DNA of 64,000 bases from a virus. Positions 39,903-50,021 of this stretch are shown here, in pieces. Both the position numbers and the translations under genes were made by a program. The notes below the pieces were generated by a model. It did not search any database, was not told where the DNA came from, and saw only the letters and a list, made by a program, of their open reading frames with translations. The stretch covers positions 1 to 64,000 of the IMG/VR virus record IMGVR_UViG_3300005253_000098; one strand, written 5' to 3'. The first letter of the stretch is position 1; each line of letters begins with the position of its first letter.

Positions 39903-40348
39903 TAATAAGTCTCCTCTGACATTATTACTTGAATATCATCTATTGAAATAAGTTTTTCAGTGCAGTTCTCTGACCAACCCTCACAATTAGACGAAATACA
40001 AGAATAAGGAATAGAAGTCCCTAATGTGCAGCCCTCATCTCCCAATAAAGGGCAAGGATTCCCTGTTCCCTGCCACTCGTAATCTTTTAGTCTGGATTGG
40101 ATTTTCTCTAATAATCCCTTAGAGAATGGCGAGCCGCCAGTGGAACAGCAGTCCCCACAGCCATTGCATCTCCCATCTTCGGGCTTTACTGCCATAGGCA
40201 TATATTTCTTGATCCTGGTTATAGTGCCATCTGGGTTAGTAGTTTTAGTATAAATAAATTGCATCTGAGCTAAAAGCTCAACCCCAGCTAAAACAGTAAT
40301 ATGCCTACCAATAGCCCAATCTGGTATTTCAAGTTCTATCTTTACCAA
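39902..40348 (-). CDS. YkgJ/CxxCxxCC cysteine-cluster protein
   Basis: CNGCGDCC...CPLL...GC......PYSC. Confidence 0.8.
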   Translation of the reverse strand: MVKIELEIPDWAIGRHITVLAGVELLAQMQFIYTKTTNPDGTITRIKKYMPMAVKPEDGRCNGCGDCCSTGGSPFSKGLLEKIQSRLKDYEWQGTGNPCPLLGDEGCTLGTSIPYSCISSNCEGWSENCTEKLISIDDIQVIMSEETY

Positions 40349-41126
40349 TCACTGTCTCCTCGATATTAGTTGTAATACGAGGAGGTGTTCCCAACTCCGG
40401 TAAATCTTCTAATCGACCAAAACGGGCGATATTTACAGCAACGCTATTTCTCATAGATTTAGGGTCTTTAATAGTTGGCGTTCCATCAGCAAACTGATCC
40501 TGTGAGTTAATATTCTCAGTATCCTCTTGTATGTCAACACCATACTTAATGTTGGCATTTAAAATCCTGGTTATCTGAGGGAAGGCATCTAAGTTGATAT
40601 TCTCATTCTGGAGCTCTGGATGATTGTTCGGTAGACCAGCCAGTATTTCTCTGATCCTCTCAAACTTCATCCTTACTGGATGAGCATAAGCAATATGATC
40701 GAGCTTCACAAACTTGGCGTCGCCATTAGAGTTATAACAGAAACCGATGCGTTCCTCAAAATAACCGACATCTAATCCGATCTGTGAGCCCATAGCAATC
40801 TTGCGACCAGCCTTGATATGATAAAAGAAGCCCTCGATAATCTGATTATTAACTTTCCTGCTGATAGTAATGTTTCTATCACCTGAGATTAATCGTAGAG
40901 CTCTGATATTCAGACGTTTCTCCTCTGGTATGAGATGAAAGTTTTTGTATTGTTTTTTATTTCCAGACGTGCCATCTGCAAAGTTTACTGTCCAGTCAAG
41001 AGGTTTAAGAGCATCAAACTGTTGCATATATACCGGTGTCGGAAAATGAAAGTTCTTTATACCCACGGTGCTACCATCCGTAACAATATGAATTTTAGGT
41101 AAGCGTGCCGGTCTTATGACCCACAA
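40329..41126 (-). CDS. hypothetical protein
   Basis: 265-aa ORF; true start uncertain. Confidence 0.55.
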   Translation of the reverse strand: MWVIRPARLPKIHIVTDGSTVGIKNFHFPTPVYMQQFDALKPLDWTVNFADGTSGNKKQYKNFHLIPEEKRLNIRALRLISGDRNITISRKVNNQIIEGFFYHIKAGRKIAMGSQIGLDVGYFEERIGFCYNSNGDAKFVKLDHIAYAHPVRMKFERIREILAGLPNNHPELQNENINLDAFPQITRILNANIKYGVDIQEDTENINSQDQFADGTPTIKDPKSMRNSVAVNIARFGRLEDLPELGTPPRITTNIEETVIGKDRT

Positions 41127-41191
41127 ACTTATAAGATGCTCTCATCTTATCCTATCTACTTTAAAAGATTTCTATTTTCGAGTAATCGACA

Positions 41192-42313
41192 ATGACTAAA
41201 ATCGGACTCTCTATTATCGTAAGTGATAGACCGGAAGAATTAGAACGTTGCTTAGAGGCAGCACAGCACCTATATGACCACCTTTCAGTAACTATAGTTC
41301 ACGCACCTACATTAATAACACAACCCTGCTTAATAATAGCAGAAAAATACAAAGCTATTGTTTCTCATTATTATACTAATCCCCAGTGGAGACATCATTT
41401 TATTGATGATTTCTCAGCTGCTCGCAACATATCCTGGAAAGAGTTACCAGAAGACTGTGATTGGATATTCGTGCTCGATACTGATGATAGAATAGAGGAT
41501 TGTAAGTTAGCCCGAGAAATTGTCTTAGCACAGAAGTCTCCCGGTGTAGGCTTTGTGAAAATTATCAATAGTGAGGGTGATGGTCACTTTTTACAGCCGA
41601 GATTCTGGTCCCATGGAGATGCCCATTGGGAACACAGGATGCATGAGCAATTAGAGAAAGATATTGATGATTTACCACAAATCTTTGCTGATAAAATTGT
41701 CATTATCCACGACTACGAGAAAGTAGAAAAGAACAATCGAGAGGAACGCAATCATACCTTAGCCCAAGAAATTATGAAAGAAGGCAATGTTAGTCCACGG
41801 TTTAAGTTCTTCTTTGCTGAAAAGCAATATATTAAATACCTGAAACAGGGTATCAAAGAGGGAGAAGAATTAAAAGAAGCAGTCGAGATCTTCCATGAGA
41901 TTACTGGTAAAGATCTTGGTAAAAAAGATACTATTGCAGTATTCAAAGCTTTTTATTACTTAGCTGATTATTATTCGATCTCAAAAGAAAGAGATTACTT
42001 AAGAGCTATCCGCTATGGCTTAGAAGCCCTCAAACATAATATGGATGATGGTCGACCCTACTTCGTCATTGGTCGAGCACTATACTCTATGAATCACCAT
42101 GAGCAAGCTATAGTATGGCTTGAACATGCTATGAGTCTACCCGATTCTCTTGGACCATTCCCAATCTTTGCTGCGTTCAAAACATGGCTCCCAATCGAAC
42201 AGATAGCGTTCTGTTATCTAAAATTAGGAAAAAAAGAGAAAGCTCAAGGCTATCATTCCCGAGCCCGCTACATGAATAAGGAATACGAAAAACACGACAA
42301 GGACTTTGACTGA
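41192..42313 (+). CDS. GT2 glycosyltransferase with C-terminal TPR repeats
   Basis: LSIIV...LERCLE, DDFSAARN, WIFVLDTDD, HEQL, IIHDY, ERN; TPR-like YFVIGRALY...QAIVWL. Confidence 0.9.
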   Translation: MTKIGLSIIVSDRPEELERCLEAAQHLYDHLSVTIVHAPTLITQPCLIIAEKYKAIVSHYYTNPQWRHHFIDDFSAARNISWKELPEDCDWIFVLDTDDRIEDCKLAREIVLAQKSPGVGFVKIINSEGDGHFLQPRFWSHGDAHWEHRMHEQLEKDIDDLPQIFADKIVIIHDYEKVEKNNREERNHTLAQEIMKEGNVSPRFKFFFAEKQYIKYLKQGIKEGEELKEAVEIFHEITGKDLGKKDTIAVFKAFYYLADYYSISKERDYLRAIRYGLEALKHNMDDGRPYFVIGRALYSMNHHEQAIVWLEHAMSLPDSLGPFPIFAAFKTWLPIEQIAFCYLKLGKKEKAQGYHSRARYMNKEYEKHDKDFD

Positions 42314-42988
42314 TTACGTATAGTAATACTTATACGTTAACTCACAGCTTGATGCGCCCGCAGTAGAGTCATCTACCACGAACACATGCATAGCAATCCT
42401 ATTTCCAAAATCAACAGTTCCAATAGCCGCAGAAAAGGTCAAACTCCTGGTATCTCCCTGTAACTGATACGTAGTAGTAACAGCAGCCTGTGAAGAATAA
42501 CCAGCAGGTATGGCTCCAATACCAGTAGTAGAAATAACATTAACGGCAGTTTCAACAGCTCTAAGCTGTGAATGCACCCCCAGATTGGTTGTGCCTGCTA
42601 AAATCTCATTAATTGTTGAGTTAAACGAGGTATTGTCCCAAGCCTCTAATTCTCCTGCCTGTGATTCTATATCAACAGTGGCTCGTATTCCAAGCGTGTT
42701 GGTTGTAGTTGGATTGGAGGCAAACATATCAACTGTATAGGAGTCCGTTTCCTGTCCGGGTGCAGGGTCATCAGCATAAATAGTTATCTCGATATCTGTA
42801 GATGTATCGACCCAAAGCTCGTCAGCAATTCTTACCAAGTTAGCTCCAGTAGGAACTGGAATTGGTTTCAAGTCACCATCAGCAGAACCCGCACCAGTAA
42901 AGGTAATAGTGGTATTAGTATCAATATCCACCCAAACTGGTGTGGTTTCACTTGTAGTTCGCTCAAATACTATAGTTGGTTGTGCCAT
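42314..42988 (-). CDS. virion structural protein (acidic, Thr-rich)
   Basis: beta-rich composition and position in the neck region. Confidence 0.5.
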   Translation of the reverse strand: MAQPTIVFERTTSETTPVWVDIDTNTTITFTGAGSADGDLKPIPVPTGANLVRIADELWVDTSTDIEITIYADDPAPGQETDSYTVDMFASNPTTTNTLGIRATVDIESQAGELEAWDNTSFNSTINEILAGTTNLGVHSQLRAVETAVNVISTTGIGAIPAGYSSQAAVTTTYQLQGDTRSLTFSAAIGTVDFGNRIAMHVFVVDDSTAGASSCELTYKYYYT

Positions 42989-43060
42989 TATATTTTTCCT
43001 CTTATAAATATTATATATATATTATTGAAAGTTTCATTTTTTAATGATTCCTATATCTTA

Positions 43061-44020
43061 TTATCGAGATTCTCCTTCTTTAATTAAATCCTTTGCCAGC
43101 TGTTCTACGATAGCTCGGGCGATATCTGCTCCATGATTAGCAATAACCTGTGATTGTAGAGTTTGCATATCTGCAAAGATATTACCTGTTGCTGAATCGT
43201 CATTAATACCATAATCTGCATCTGAAAACTGCTGGGTAAAGTCTTTGGACGGATAACCTGGATGGGTAGTATTAACATCGCCTATATCTTGAGGTGGACC
43301 AATTTGAATCAACTGTCGTATTTCCTTGATTGATCTACTTCTGGGTGGCTTTCTCCTGATCCTTTCAGTCTCTGCTCTACCTGATGTCAGGGCATCGATA
43401 AAAGTGGTCTTGAATGGATCCGACAAAACTTTTTGTCGTTGCTTGCGTATCTCCTCGATTGCCGCACTTGGAGTTATTCTTCTACGAGCAGGTCGATCTC
43501 CTCGTTTAGATCTGAACCCCTTAGGATCTCCTTTACTCCTATTGGGACTTTTAAGACCAGTCGGGACGTATCTACCTGTGGAGGCTTCTGTTCCCTTATC
43601 GTGCCAATGATAGACTTCACCCCAATAAGTCCTGCTGACCGTCATAACAATGTTTCCAACTCGATATGTGGCTTTTCTTTTTAAACTTCGTATGGTTGGT
43701 AAGTTTCCAGCCATCAGACCTCCCTCGAAGTTGATTCCCTCCATTACCATTGGCTCATAATCCAACCTATCTTTTCGGGTAGGTGCTTTGGTTCCTCGGA
43801 AGCTTTGTGCATTCTGCATAGATTCAGTGACTATATCGAGCAGATTCTTCCTGAGTTCTGGAATAATGACCCTATTAATCATAGTATCGTAAGAATCTTT
43901 TCGCCCTTGACGAACGGCAAGATGCATTCTTCTCGAGGGTCTAAAACCCCAGATTATCTTTATGAGTTGAGCATCAGCTGGAGGATTTAAACTGGGTAAT
44001 CCGGTTGTTTGGACAGGCAC
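43061..44020 (-). CDS. neck/tail-completion protein (HK97 gp10-like) with Arg-rich insert
   Basis: Y..WHDKGT...HPGYP..DF motifs; position. Confidence 0.5.
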   Translation of the reverse strand: MPVQTTGLPSLNPPADAQLIKIIWGFRPSRRMHLAVRQGRKDSYDTMINRVIIPELRKNLLDIVTESMQNAQSFRGTKAPTRKDRLDYEPMVMEGINFEGGLMAGNLPTIRSLKRKATYRVGNIVMTVSRTYWGEVYHWHDKGTEASTGRYVPTGLKSPNRSKGDPKGFRSKRGDRPARRRITPSAAIEEIRKQRQKVLSDPFKTTFIDALTSGRAETERIRRKPPRSRSIKEIRQLIQIGPPQDIGDVNTTHPGYPSKDFTQQFSDADYGINDDSATGNIFADMQTLQSQVIANHGADIARAIVEQLAKDLIKEGESR

Positions 44021-44023
44021 TAA

Positions 44024-44770
44024 TTAACCTCCGATATTTCCCCCACCGGGTAATCTTCGGGAAACCGACTTCCCATAGACTGCTGCGATCGTATCCATTG
44101 TGAAATCGATCCCAACTGTATCTCCAGTCTTAGCGAGAATCTCAAATTCAAAAGCCTTACTCTCAAAAGTCCTGACCAAGTTCTCATTATTAATATTGTC
44201 TTCCTCGGTCATAGTCCTCTCATGATTAGCTGTATAAATAGCGTATGCATGATGTGCTATCCTGAATATCTTAGCCCATATTATAACATCAGAATCTGCC
44301 AATGCACTCTTGATCTGATCGATATACAAACTCTGAGCAGTGATCTCCATTGATATCGTTGAATTAGGAAGTATGTTCTGTGAGATATTTATCAGATAAC
44401 CTCGCATCCAGCTAACAGTAATGATCGTAGGAGTCGTCGTATAATCAAAGGTTTGTATTTGATCGACCTCGAACTTCCTGCTGTTGATAGGAGAATCTGT
44501 TCCGAGTGTATAGGAAAATGATATCTTCCAGCCTCCAGTTGGACCAGCAGATGGTATCGTATAAGAATAATAATATAAACCAACTGCTGTTCGAGTAGCA
44601 GCATCCGAAGTTATCAGCTGATTATTAGCAGAATCGTAAACATCCACTGTTACTGACTGACCGGCAGGATCAGCTAATTTTGCCACTCCATCCCTGACCT
44701 GCATAGACCAAGTAAAAATTTCTCCATATAATAGAGCTCCGTGTGGTTCCTGAACCGTAAAATCAGTCAT
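44024..44770 (-). CDS. head-tail adaptor with N-terminal Ig-like domain
   Basis: GLYYYSYTIP...GGWKISF Ig-like domain plus helical C-terminal half. Confidence 0.5.
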   Translation of the reverse strand: MTDFTVQEPHGALLYGEIFTWSMQVRDGVAKLADPAGQSVTVDVYDSANNQLITSDAATRTAVGLYYYSYTIPSAGPTGGWKISFSYTLGTDSPINSRKFEVDQIQTFDYTTTPTIITVSWMRGYLINISQNILPNSTISMEITAQSLYIDQIKSALADSDVIIWAKIFRIAHHAYAIYTANHERTMTEEDNINNENLVRTFESKAFEFEILAKTGDTVGIDFTMDTIAAVYGKSVSRRLPGGGNIGG

Positions 44771-45162
44771 TATGTTGGACTCGTAGCTGATCTTACTCCG
44801 CCTGTTAAGTTTAGTCCATTAAATACCGATATAAAGCCGGCTTGGTTCCCAGCTAAATTAGCAGCCAATTCTAATCTGAATTCTCTGAATCTACTATCAA
44901 TAGTTACATTCACAGTCGTTACACCAGCTAACGTGGTCTCTGCTTGTATAAGAGCAGACATAGTCCTGGCACTATTATAGTAACCAGTTATGGTAAACTT
45001 TATCACATTAGCAGCATGTGTATTCCTGATAGAGATAACTGGCTTTCCTGCTACACTATAATCTAAGTGATTAATTGGAGAAACATATACAGTATTACCC
45101 GAATACACATCGGTTGTGGTTCCACTTATTAGTGGATCTAAATGCACAGATTTATTACTCAT
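44770..45162 (-). CDS. virion protein
   Basis: beta-rich, coupled ORF. Confidence 0.5.
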   Translation of the reverse strand: MSNKSVHLDPLISGTTTDVYSGNTVYVSPINHLDYSVAGKPVISIRNTHAANVIKFTITGYYNSARTMSALIQAETTLAGVTTVNVTIDSRFREFRLELAANLAGNQAGFISVFNGLNLTGGVRSATSPT

Positions 45163-45422
45163 TCTTCATCTTCCTCATCTATTGGATTACTCGAATCATA
45201 CCTGTCTGGGTAAGGATATCGTTCCTTAGGGGACATAGCTGCCCATTTCCGTAATTCTTCCTCAATTACGACATTCTGATCATATCGAGTCTTGATAATC
45301 GTAACTAACGCAGGGCTATACTGCTGATCATTTAGAGAACGCAAAAGTGTCATTTCCTGAAGCTGTCCGAGGATCTCTTCAAGTGTTTTGATATCCACTT
45401 CATTGTTACTATTCTTAATCAT
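45159..45422 (-). CDS. hypothetical protein
   Basis: coupled ORF. Confidence 0.45.
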   Translation of the reverse strand: MIKNSNNEVDIKTLEEILGQLQEMTLLRSLNDQQYSPALVTIIKTRYDQNVVIEEELRKWAAMSPKERYPYPDRYDSSNPIDEEDEE

Positions 45423-46237
45423 ATTTCAAACTTTACCTTACTCTTCTTTTTTATAGGGGGTTCGAGTATGTTCTCAGTTTCGGTCAACAGCAATCCGAAG
45501 TCTCGCCTGTTAGGACAATCCTGACAAACTGCCTCAACTTTACCAGAGAACCGAGCTTTGATTCGACCGAGCTCGTCACCCTGACGTTTCATTTGTTGTC
45601 TGTATGTGAGAACCTCATCTTTAAACTCTTCCTCTATCATTTCTTTTCCAATATTAATACCCTGTTTGATTCCGTTGTCTCGTTCCTCTTTAATCAACAT
45701 GTTGTAATGATCGTGAACCTTTCCGTCCTCACTTCTATATTTCTGGTTCTGTTTGAGCACATTTCTCTTAGCTTCACGTTCCATCTCATTAAAAAATAAA
45801 CTAAATCTGTATGACCACCTGGTCTTATATTCAGTCCTCAGACGATCAATACCCCAGAAAAACATCAACAATGCTAATACAATCAATGCTACAAATACAT
45901 AGAACAGTCCTTCTTGACCTAATCTAAGGGATAGGAGCTGAGCTCCTACGGTGGACATGGCGCCAATAAAGAACCACTTGACCAACCATTCTGCAAGAAT
46001 AATAACCCTTATTTTTCGTATTCCTTTAGTGAACCCATCCATTCGTTTTCTTTCTCTCTTAAGAAGTTGAGTTGTTTCCCTTGCCTGTTCCGTATAACTT
46101 GGAGATCTTATTATCCCTTCAATAATACCAGAGTCATCATTTTGTGACATCCTTTCGTCCACCAGTTTTTTGCTTCTTTTCAAGTTCATATAATGTTTGA
46201 ATATGTGGTAAATTTTCAACCGAAACACCGAATACAT
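45419..46237 (-). CDS. two-TM membrane protein with coiled coil (start probably internal, MSQND)
   Basis: two hydrophobic helices. Confidence 0.55.
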   Translation of the reverse strand: MYSVFRLKIYHIFKHYMNLKRSKKLVDERMSQNDDSGIIEGIIRSPSYTEQARETTQLLKRERKRMDGFTKGIRKIRVIILAEWLVKWFFIGAMSTVGAQLLSLRLGQEGLFYVFVALIVLALLMFFWGIDRLRTEYKTRWSYRFSLFFNEMEREAKRNVLKQNQKYRSEDGKVHDHYNMLIKEERDNGIKQGINIGKEMIEEEFKDEVLTYRQQMKRQGDELGRIKARFSGKVEAVCQDCPNRRDFGLLLTETENILEPPIKKKSKVKFEI

Positions 46238-46472
46238 TTGATATCGTGTAAAACAACTTATATAAAGTATCCGACAACATCAATAACTCCTCCGGTGTGG
46301 AACCATCTGCCATCTCTCTTACACTGGTGGCTAAATCAAAACCATTCTTCGTAAGGACAGGCATAAGATGTCTTCTCTTAGCTCCACGTAAATAGACAAG
46401 AATTAAGGCTAATATAGCAAGTATTGCTATGATCCATGGTAAATATGAGAGTGTGTCATCTACAGTAATCAC
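46137..46472 (-). CDS. single-TM membrane protein
   Basis: LPWIIAILAILALILVYL followed by basic residues. Confidence 0.55.
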   Translation of the reverse strand: MITVDDTLSYLPWIIAILAILALILVYLRGAKRRHLMPVLTKNGFDLATSVREMADGSTPEELLMLSDTLYKLFYTISNVFGVSVENLPHIQTLYELEKKQKTGGRKDVTK

Positions 46473-46545
46473 TAATGGTCACCAAATAATAGAAGAGAAA
46501 GGGAATATAAAAATATTCCGACTAATAACTTATAGAGAAAACGAC

Positions 46546-47790
46546 TTATTCTGAGAAGATATCGGTTATTAATCCTACGTTTCTTGAGGTAGTGTCACCT
46601 TCAAGAGCGGGCACGAATTGAGTATTGAAGAGTCTTTTCCAGGTCACAATTGTTCCTTGACCTCTCCAGCGTTCTTGCTCCATTAAGGGGATTTCTCCAC
46701 CACTGTATGTTCCATGGATACAAGTATCAGCTCCTTTATAAGTTACAAGAGCATCGTTGTCAAAGGTTGCGTTTCTGGTAAAGTATATTTCAAATCCTTC
46801 AGCAGATAAGGCTGCTCCGACTTTTCCTTCAGTGATAACGGCTGGGTGTCCAGCTGTTTGTCCACCTTGGGTGATACCAGGCTTTATAGCAAGATAAGGT
46901 TTAAGAACCAAGGGTGCAACTACATATTTCTTATCTCCAAGCTCGCCTACTGGTTTCCGAGTTTGATCCAATAGTGTTGAGTGAGCAGAGCCGAAGTCTT
47001 GAACGAAATCTGGTTCATTAGCTGCAGAGCCATCCCATTTGTCGGCAGATGCTACATCTGCGAGGACTCCGAAAGAAGATGAAAACAACTCCGCAAGGAT
47101 GTTATTATCAATTTCTAAAGCCACAGCCTCAGATTGTCTTTTCATGAAGTCTGATCTGAATTGTCCGATTTGATTGCTTGCCATTGAAGCATCGGTAATA
47201 TACATACTCATTGAACCGAGTTTGAGACCCATTCCGTATCCCCAGTAGGTCAGTGTTTGGATATTTCCAATTCCAGACTCTATAGGTAGTGGATACTCGA
47301 AAGTCAACTCGTTAGGACGAAGCCATCCCATCTCAAGCGTGCTTGAACTCTCAGTGTAGACTACATTTAATCCAACTGATATGTTCCTTGTAGCTTGATA
47401 CCAGAGCTTACGATAGATTTCTCGCACAATAGCCCCATCAATCGTAGTAGATCCAGCCGCCAGGTGAGATGCATACGGTTGTGGGAAATAGCAAGCATTT
47501 TCATCGGCTTTCACACCGACTAATGTGCCATTTTGGATTGCACTTTCAGGAATCCATTTTCCACCAAATCCAGGGATTTCTCCCGGTTTGATTAGAGCAT
47601 AAGACTTATTCTGATATTCAGATAAGATTTGTTCGGAAGTCTTAAATTGACTTAAATATTCTTTGATTGCGTGATCGCCACGAGCTGGATTAGGCTCTTG
47701 AAGCTGATGCTCTTTCTGTTGAGCAGCAAATTCAGCCTGTTGCTTCGCGGCAGCAGCCATTTCAGGGGTTACAGTTGCTTGTGCTGTCAT
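46546..47790 (-). CDS. major capsid protein (HK97 fold)
   Basis: position; SEAVALEIDNNILAEL long-helix signature; GGTGA SD. Confidence 0.75.
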   Translation of the reverse strand: MTAQATVTPEMAAAAKQQAEFAAQQKEHQLQEPNPARGDHAIKEYLSQFKTSEQILSEYQNKSYALIKPGEIPGFGGKWIPESAIQNGTLVGVKADENACYFPQPYASHLAAGSTTIDGAIVREIYRKLWYQATRNISVGLNVVYTESSSTLEMGWLRPNELTFEYPLPIESGIGNIQTLTYWGYGMGLKLGSMSMYITDASMASNQIGQFRSDFMKRQSEAVALEIDNNILAELFSSSFGVLADVASADKWDGSAANEPDFVQDFGSAHSTLLDQTRKPVGELGDKKYVVAPLVLKPYLAIKPGITQGGQTAGHPAVITEGKVGAALSAEGFEIYFTRNATFDNDALVTYKGADTCIHGTYSGGEIPLMEQERWRGQGTIVTWKRLFNTQFVPALEGDTTSRNVGLITDIFSE

Positions 47791-47799
47791 ATAATCACC

Positions 47800-48459
47800 T
47801 TAAGCTGAGGGCACCCAGAACACAGGAGATCCCAACATTAGAATTACGTCTATGTTTACGTCTCCAGGTGTTGCACCGACATCTTGGTCGGATTGTCCTA
47901 CATATTGACACCCTGCCTTTTGCATAATATCTCTAAGGTTCAAACCATCGACAGGCTCACCGTCAGTTATGACGGCAGCTACCCAGGTTGCTCCATAGGC
48001 AGATCCAGCCTCGTCTTCTTCATAGAAGGGAGTTAAGGAGGGCAGATTTCCTGCTGATGATTCCCATACATGGGAATCTACAACGAGACCTAATTGGTCA
48101 CCTTGAACGAACGCAGTTGAAAAATCACTATCGACCGGCATAGAGAAAATCCCTACGAGTGCGACAGCTACTTGGTTAAAAGCAGAAATATCTCCTCGTA
48201 TAATATGATCATAATCCGTGAATTTTTCACCATAATTACGATTGGGATCAGTCCCAGAAACTGCAGCACCCATAATTCTCTGTCTTAGATCATCATTCGT
48301 GTCCCATATCTTTGCTAATGATTGGTCGGTTCCGTCTCTTTGGATAGCGAGTCCACCGAACCATACTGGGGCAGCTGCTTCATATCTACGATGATCTGTC
48401 ACAACTCTGCTTAATCCACCGGTTTTTGTTGGAGGTTTGTAATGAATACTTGTTACCAT
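47800..48459 (-). CDS. head decoration/cement protein
   Basis: between scaffold and MCP; IMGAAV...VAVALVG...GDQLG pattern. Confidence 0.55.
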   Translation of the reverse strand: MVTSIHYKPPTKTGGLSRVVTDHRRYEAAAPVWFGGLAIQRDGTDQSLAKIWDTNDDLRQRIMGAAVSGTDPNRNYGEKFTDYDHIIRGDISAFNQVAVALVGIFSMPVDSDFSTAFVQGDQLGLVVDSHVWESSAGNLPSLTPFYEEDEAGSAYGATWVAAVITDGEPVDGLNLRDIMQKAGCQYVGQSDQDVGATPGDVNIDVILMLGSPVFWVPSA

Positions 48460-48498
48460 AATTTACACCATATTAATTCTGTTTATTCTTTATTCTCC

Positions 48499-49836
48499 TT
48501 ATTCGTATCCAAATCTTTTTAGAGCTTCTTTCTCTAAATCTTCTATTTTTTCAGGTTTGTTTGGATCGCCAGCGGAAAGATTAACAGTAGAATCGGTTTG
48601 TCCAGGTGTCACTTGAGGGTTTGGTGGTGTCTGTTGTCCGTCAGGTGGCGGTGCCTGGGCTAATGCTGTAATCCTGCTATTGCGTCTTAGCATTCCTGAT
48701 AAAAATTCACGTTTAGAACAGAAGGTGTCTTTTCCAGCAAGCTCTATCTCAAAATTGAATTCTGGGTCATCTTTGAGAACTGCTGTTTTCAGAGCCTCTA
48801 ATTCTGAAGCATCTGCTTGAATCTTGCTTGCGAGCACCTGCTCTTTTATTGGTGTAAGTTCTGCCATGAATTTCTCCGTTTGTTTTTCCATAGCATCAGT
48901 CACCAATTTACCTACAATATTTCCGTAAGCATTGACTCCAGCATTAGCTGGATCTTGCCCACCAGCTGTGTAGGGGGACGGATTGGACAGTTGGACACTA
49001 TCAGCAGGAGCAGCTTGGGTTATTTCAAAACCTGCGTCCTTAAGCGATGCCAATAATTCCATCTGTGCTTTTTTCTTGTTTTCTTCTTCTGAACCAGTCA
49101 TAGATATCATACCATCTTTTATACTTTTCATGTTTAACGAGGTGTTTTTAATAATTTGTGTATCATGGGAAGAGGGTAGCGTGGTTATAGGCATAATGAC
49201 ATTATAGATACCTTCCTCTGTTTGAGACAAAGTCACAGTTTGACTGTGATAATTAACACAGCTCTTACAAGCAGGATTAGGCACGAGTGCAACCCTATTT
49301 GCTATAACTTGATCAACAGTAAGATTTCCTTCAGCGTCTTTTTGACCAAGTTTAACAGATGCTTCAATAGAATTCTGTAAATCACCGGTCTCTATTGCAT
49401 CAGCAATCCGTTTGTTAATTACCACATATGTAATATGCACTTCTTTGAAGTCTTTTGCATATCCAATATTTATAATTGTCCCCACATTTGGAGACCTGCC
49501 TCCTGGCACCATAGCTGGATGAAGCAATCCTATCGGTTTATACAATAATCCAGCAAAGAAATCTTGTAGATTAGTCGAAGTCCACTTAATCAGTTTACCA
49601 TCAATTCCCTTAAACACACCCTCAGCAAGTGCTACTCCCTTAACAACGTATAATTCGTCCTGTTGGAGCACCCAATTTACGCCCTGTTCCTGTCCGATTG
49701 TGATCTGTGGACTCACTCCATATTGTGCTATCACGTCAGATCCCGAATGCACGGAGCACGAACTTACGCTGGGTGTATTCCCTGCTGTGAGGGTGATATT
49801 TACGGCAGTTACGCCAGATGAATCGGTATCGTTCAT
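48499..49836 (-). CDS. prohead protease/scaffold fusion
   Basis: GVALAEGV, KPIGLLH, NSIEA, VALVPNPAC then a helical/low-complexity scaffold. Confidence 0.75.
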   Translation of the reverse strand: MNDTDSSGVTAVNITLTAGNTPSVSSCSVHSGSDVIAQYGVSPQITIGQEQGVNWVLQQDELYVVKGVALAEGVFKGIDGKLIKWTSTNLQDFFAGLLYKPIGLLHPAMVPGGRSPNVGTIINIGYAKDFKEVHITYVVINKRIADAIETGDLQNSIEASVKLGQKDAEGNLTVDQVIANRVALVPNPACKSCVNYHSQTVTLSQTEEGIYNVIMPITTLPSSHDTQIIKNTSLNMKSIKDGMISMTGSEEENKKKAQMELLASLKDAGFEITQAAPADSVQLSNPSPYTAGGQDPANAGVNAYGNIVGKLVTDAMEKQTEKFMAELTPIKEQVLASKIQADASELEALKTAVLKDDPEFNFEIELAGKDTFCSKREFLSGMLRRNSRITALAQAPPPDGQQTPPNPQVTPGQTDSTVNLSAGDPNKPEKIEDLEKEALKRFGYE

Positions 49837-50021
49837 TCCTTTTTCCTCTTATGCTTAGTGTCATATTTAGCGTCGTTAGCAAATTCTTTCATTTTTTCTG
49901 TATTGGGCGCCTTTTTGTGTGGACGCTTGAGCAAACTTCGACTCCTTCCGTCAGTTCGCTGGGGCAATAAATCATCCTCTGAACCGCCCGGTCCAAGCAT
50001 CATTTTTCTTCTGGGACTCAT
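49833..50021 (-). CDS. small basic protein
   Basis: ATGA-coupled to portal and protease. Confidence 0.4.
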   Translation of the reverse strand: MSPRRKMMLGPGGSEDDLLPQRTDGRSRSLLKRPHKKAPNTEKMKEFANDAKYDTKHKRKKE

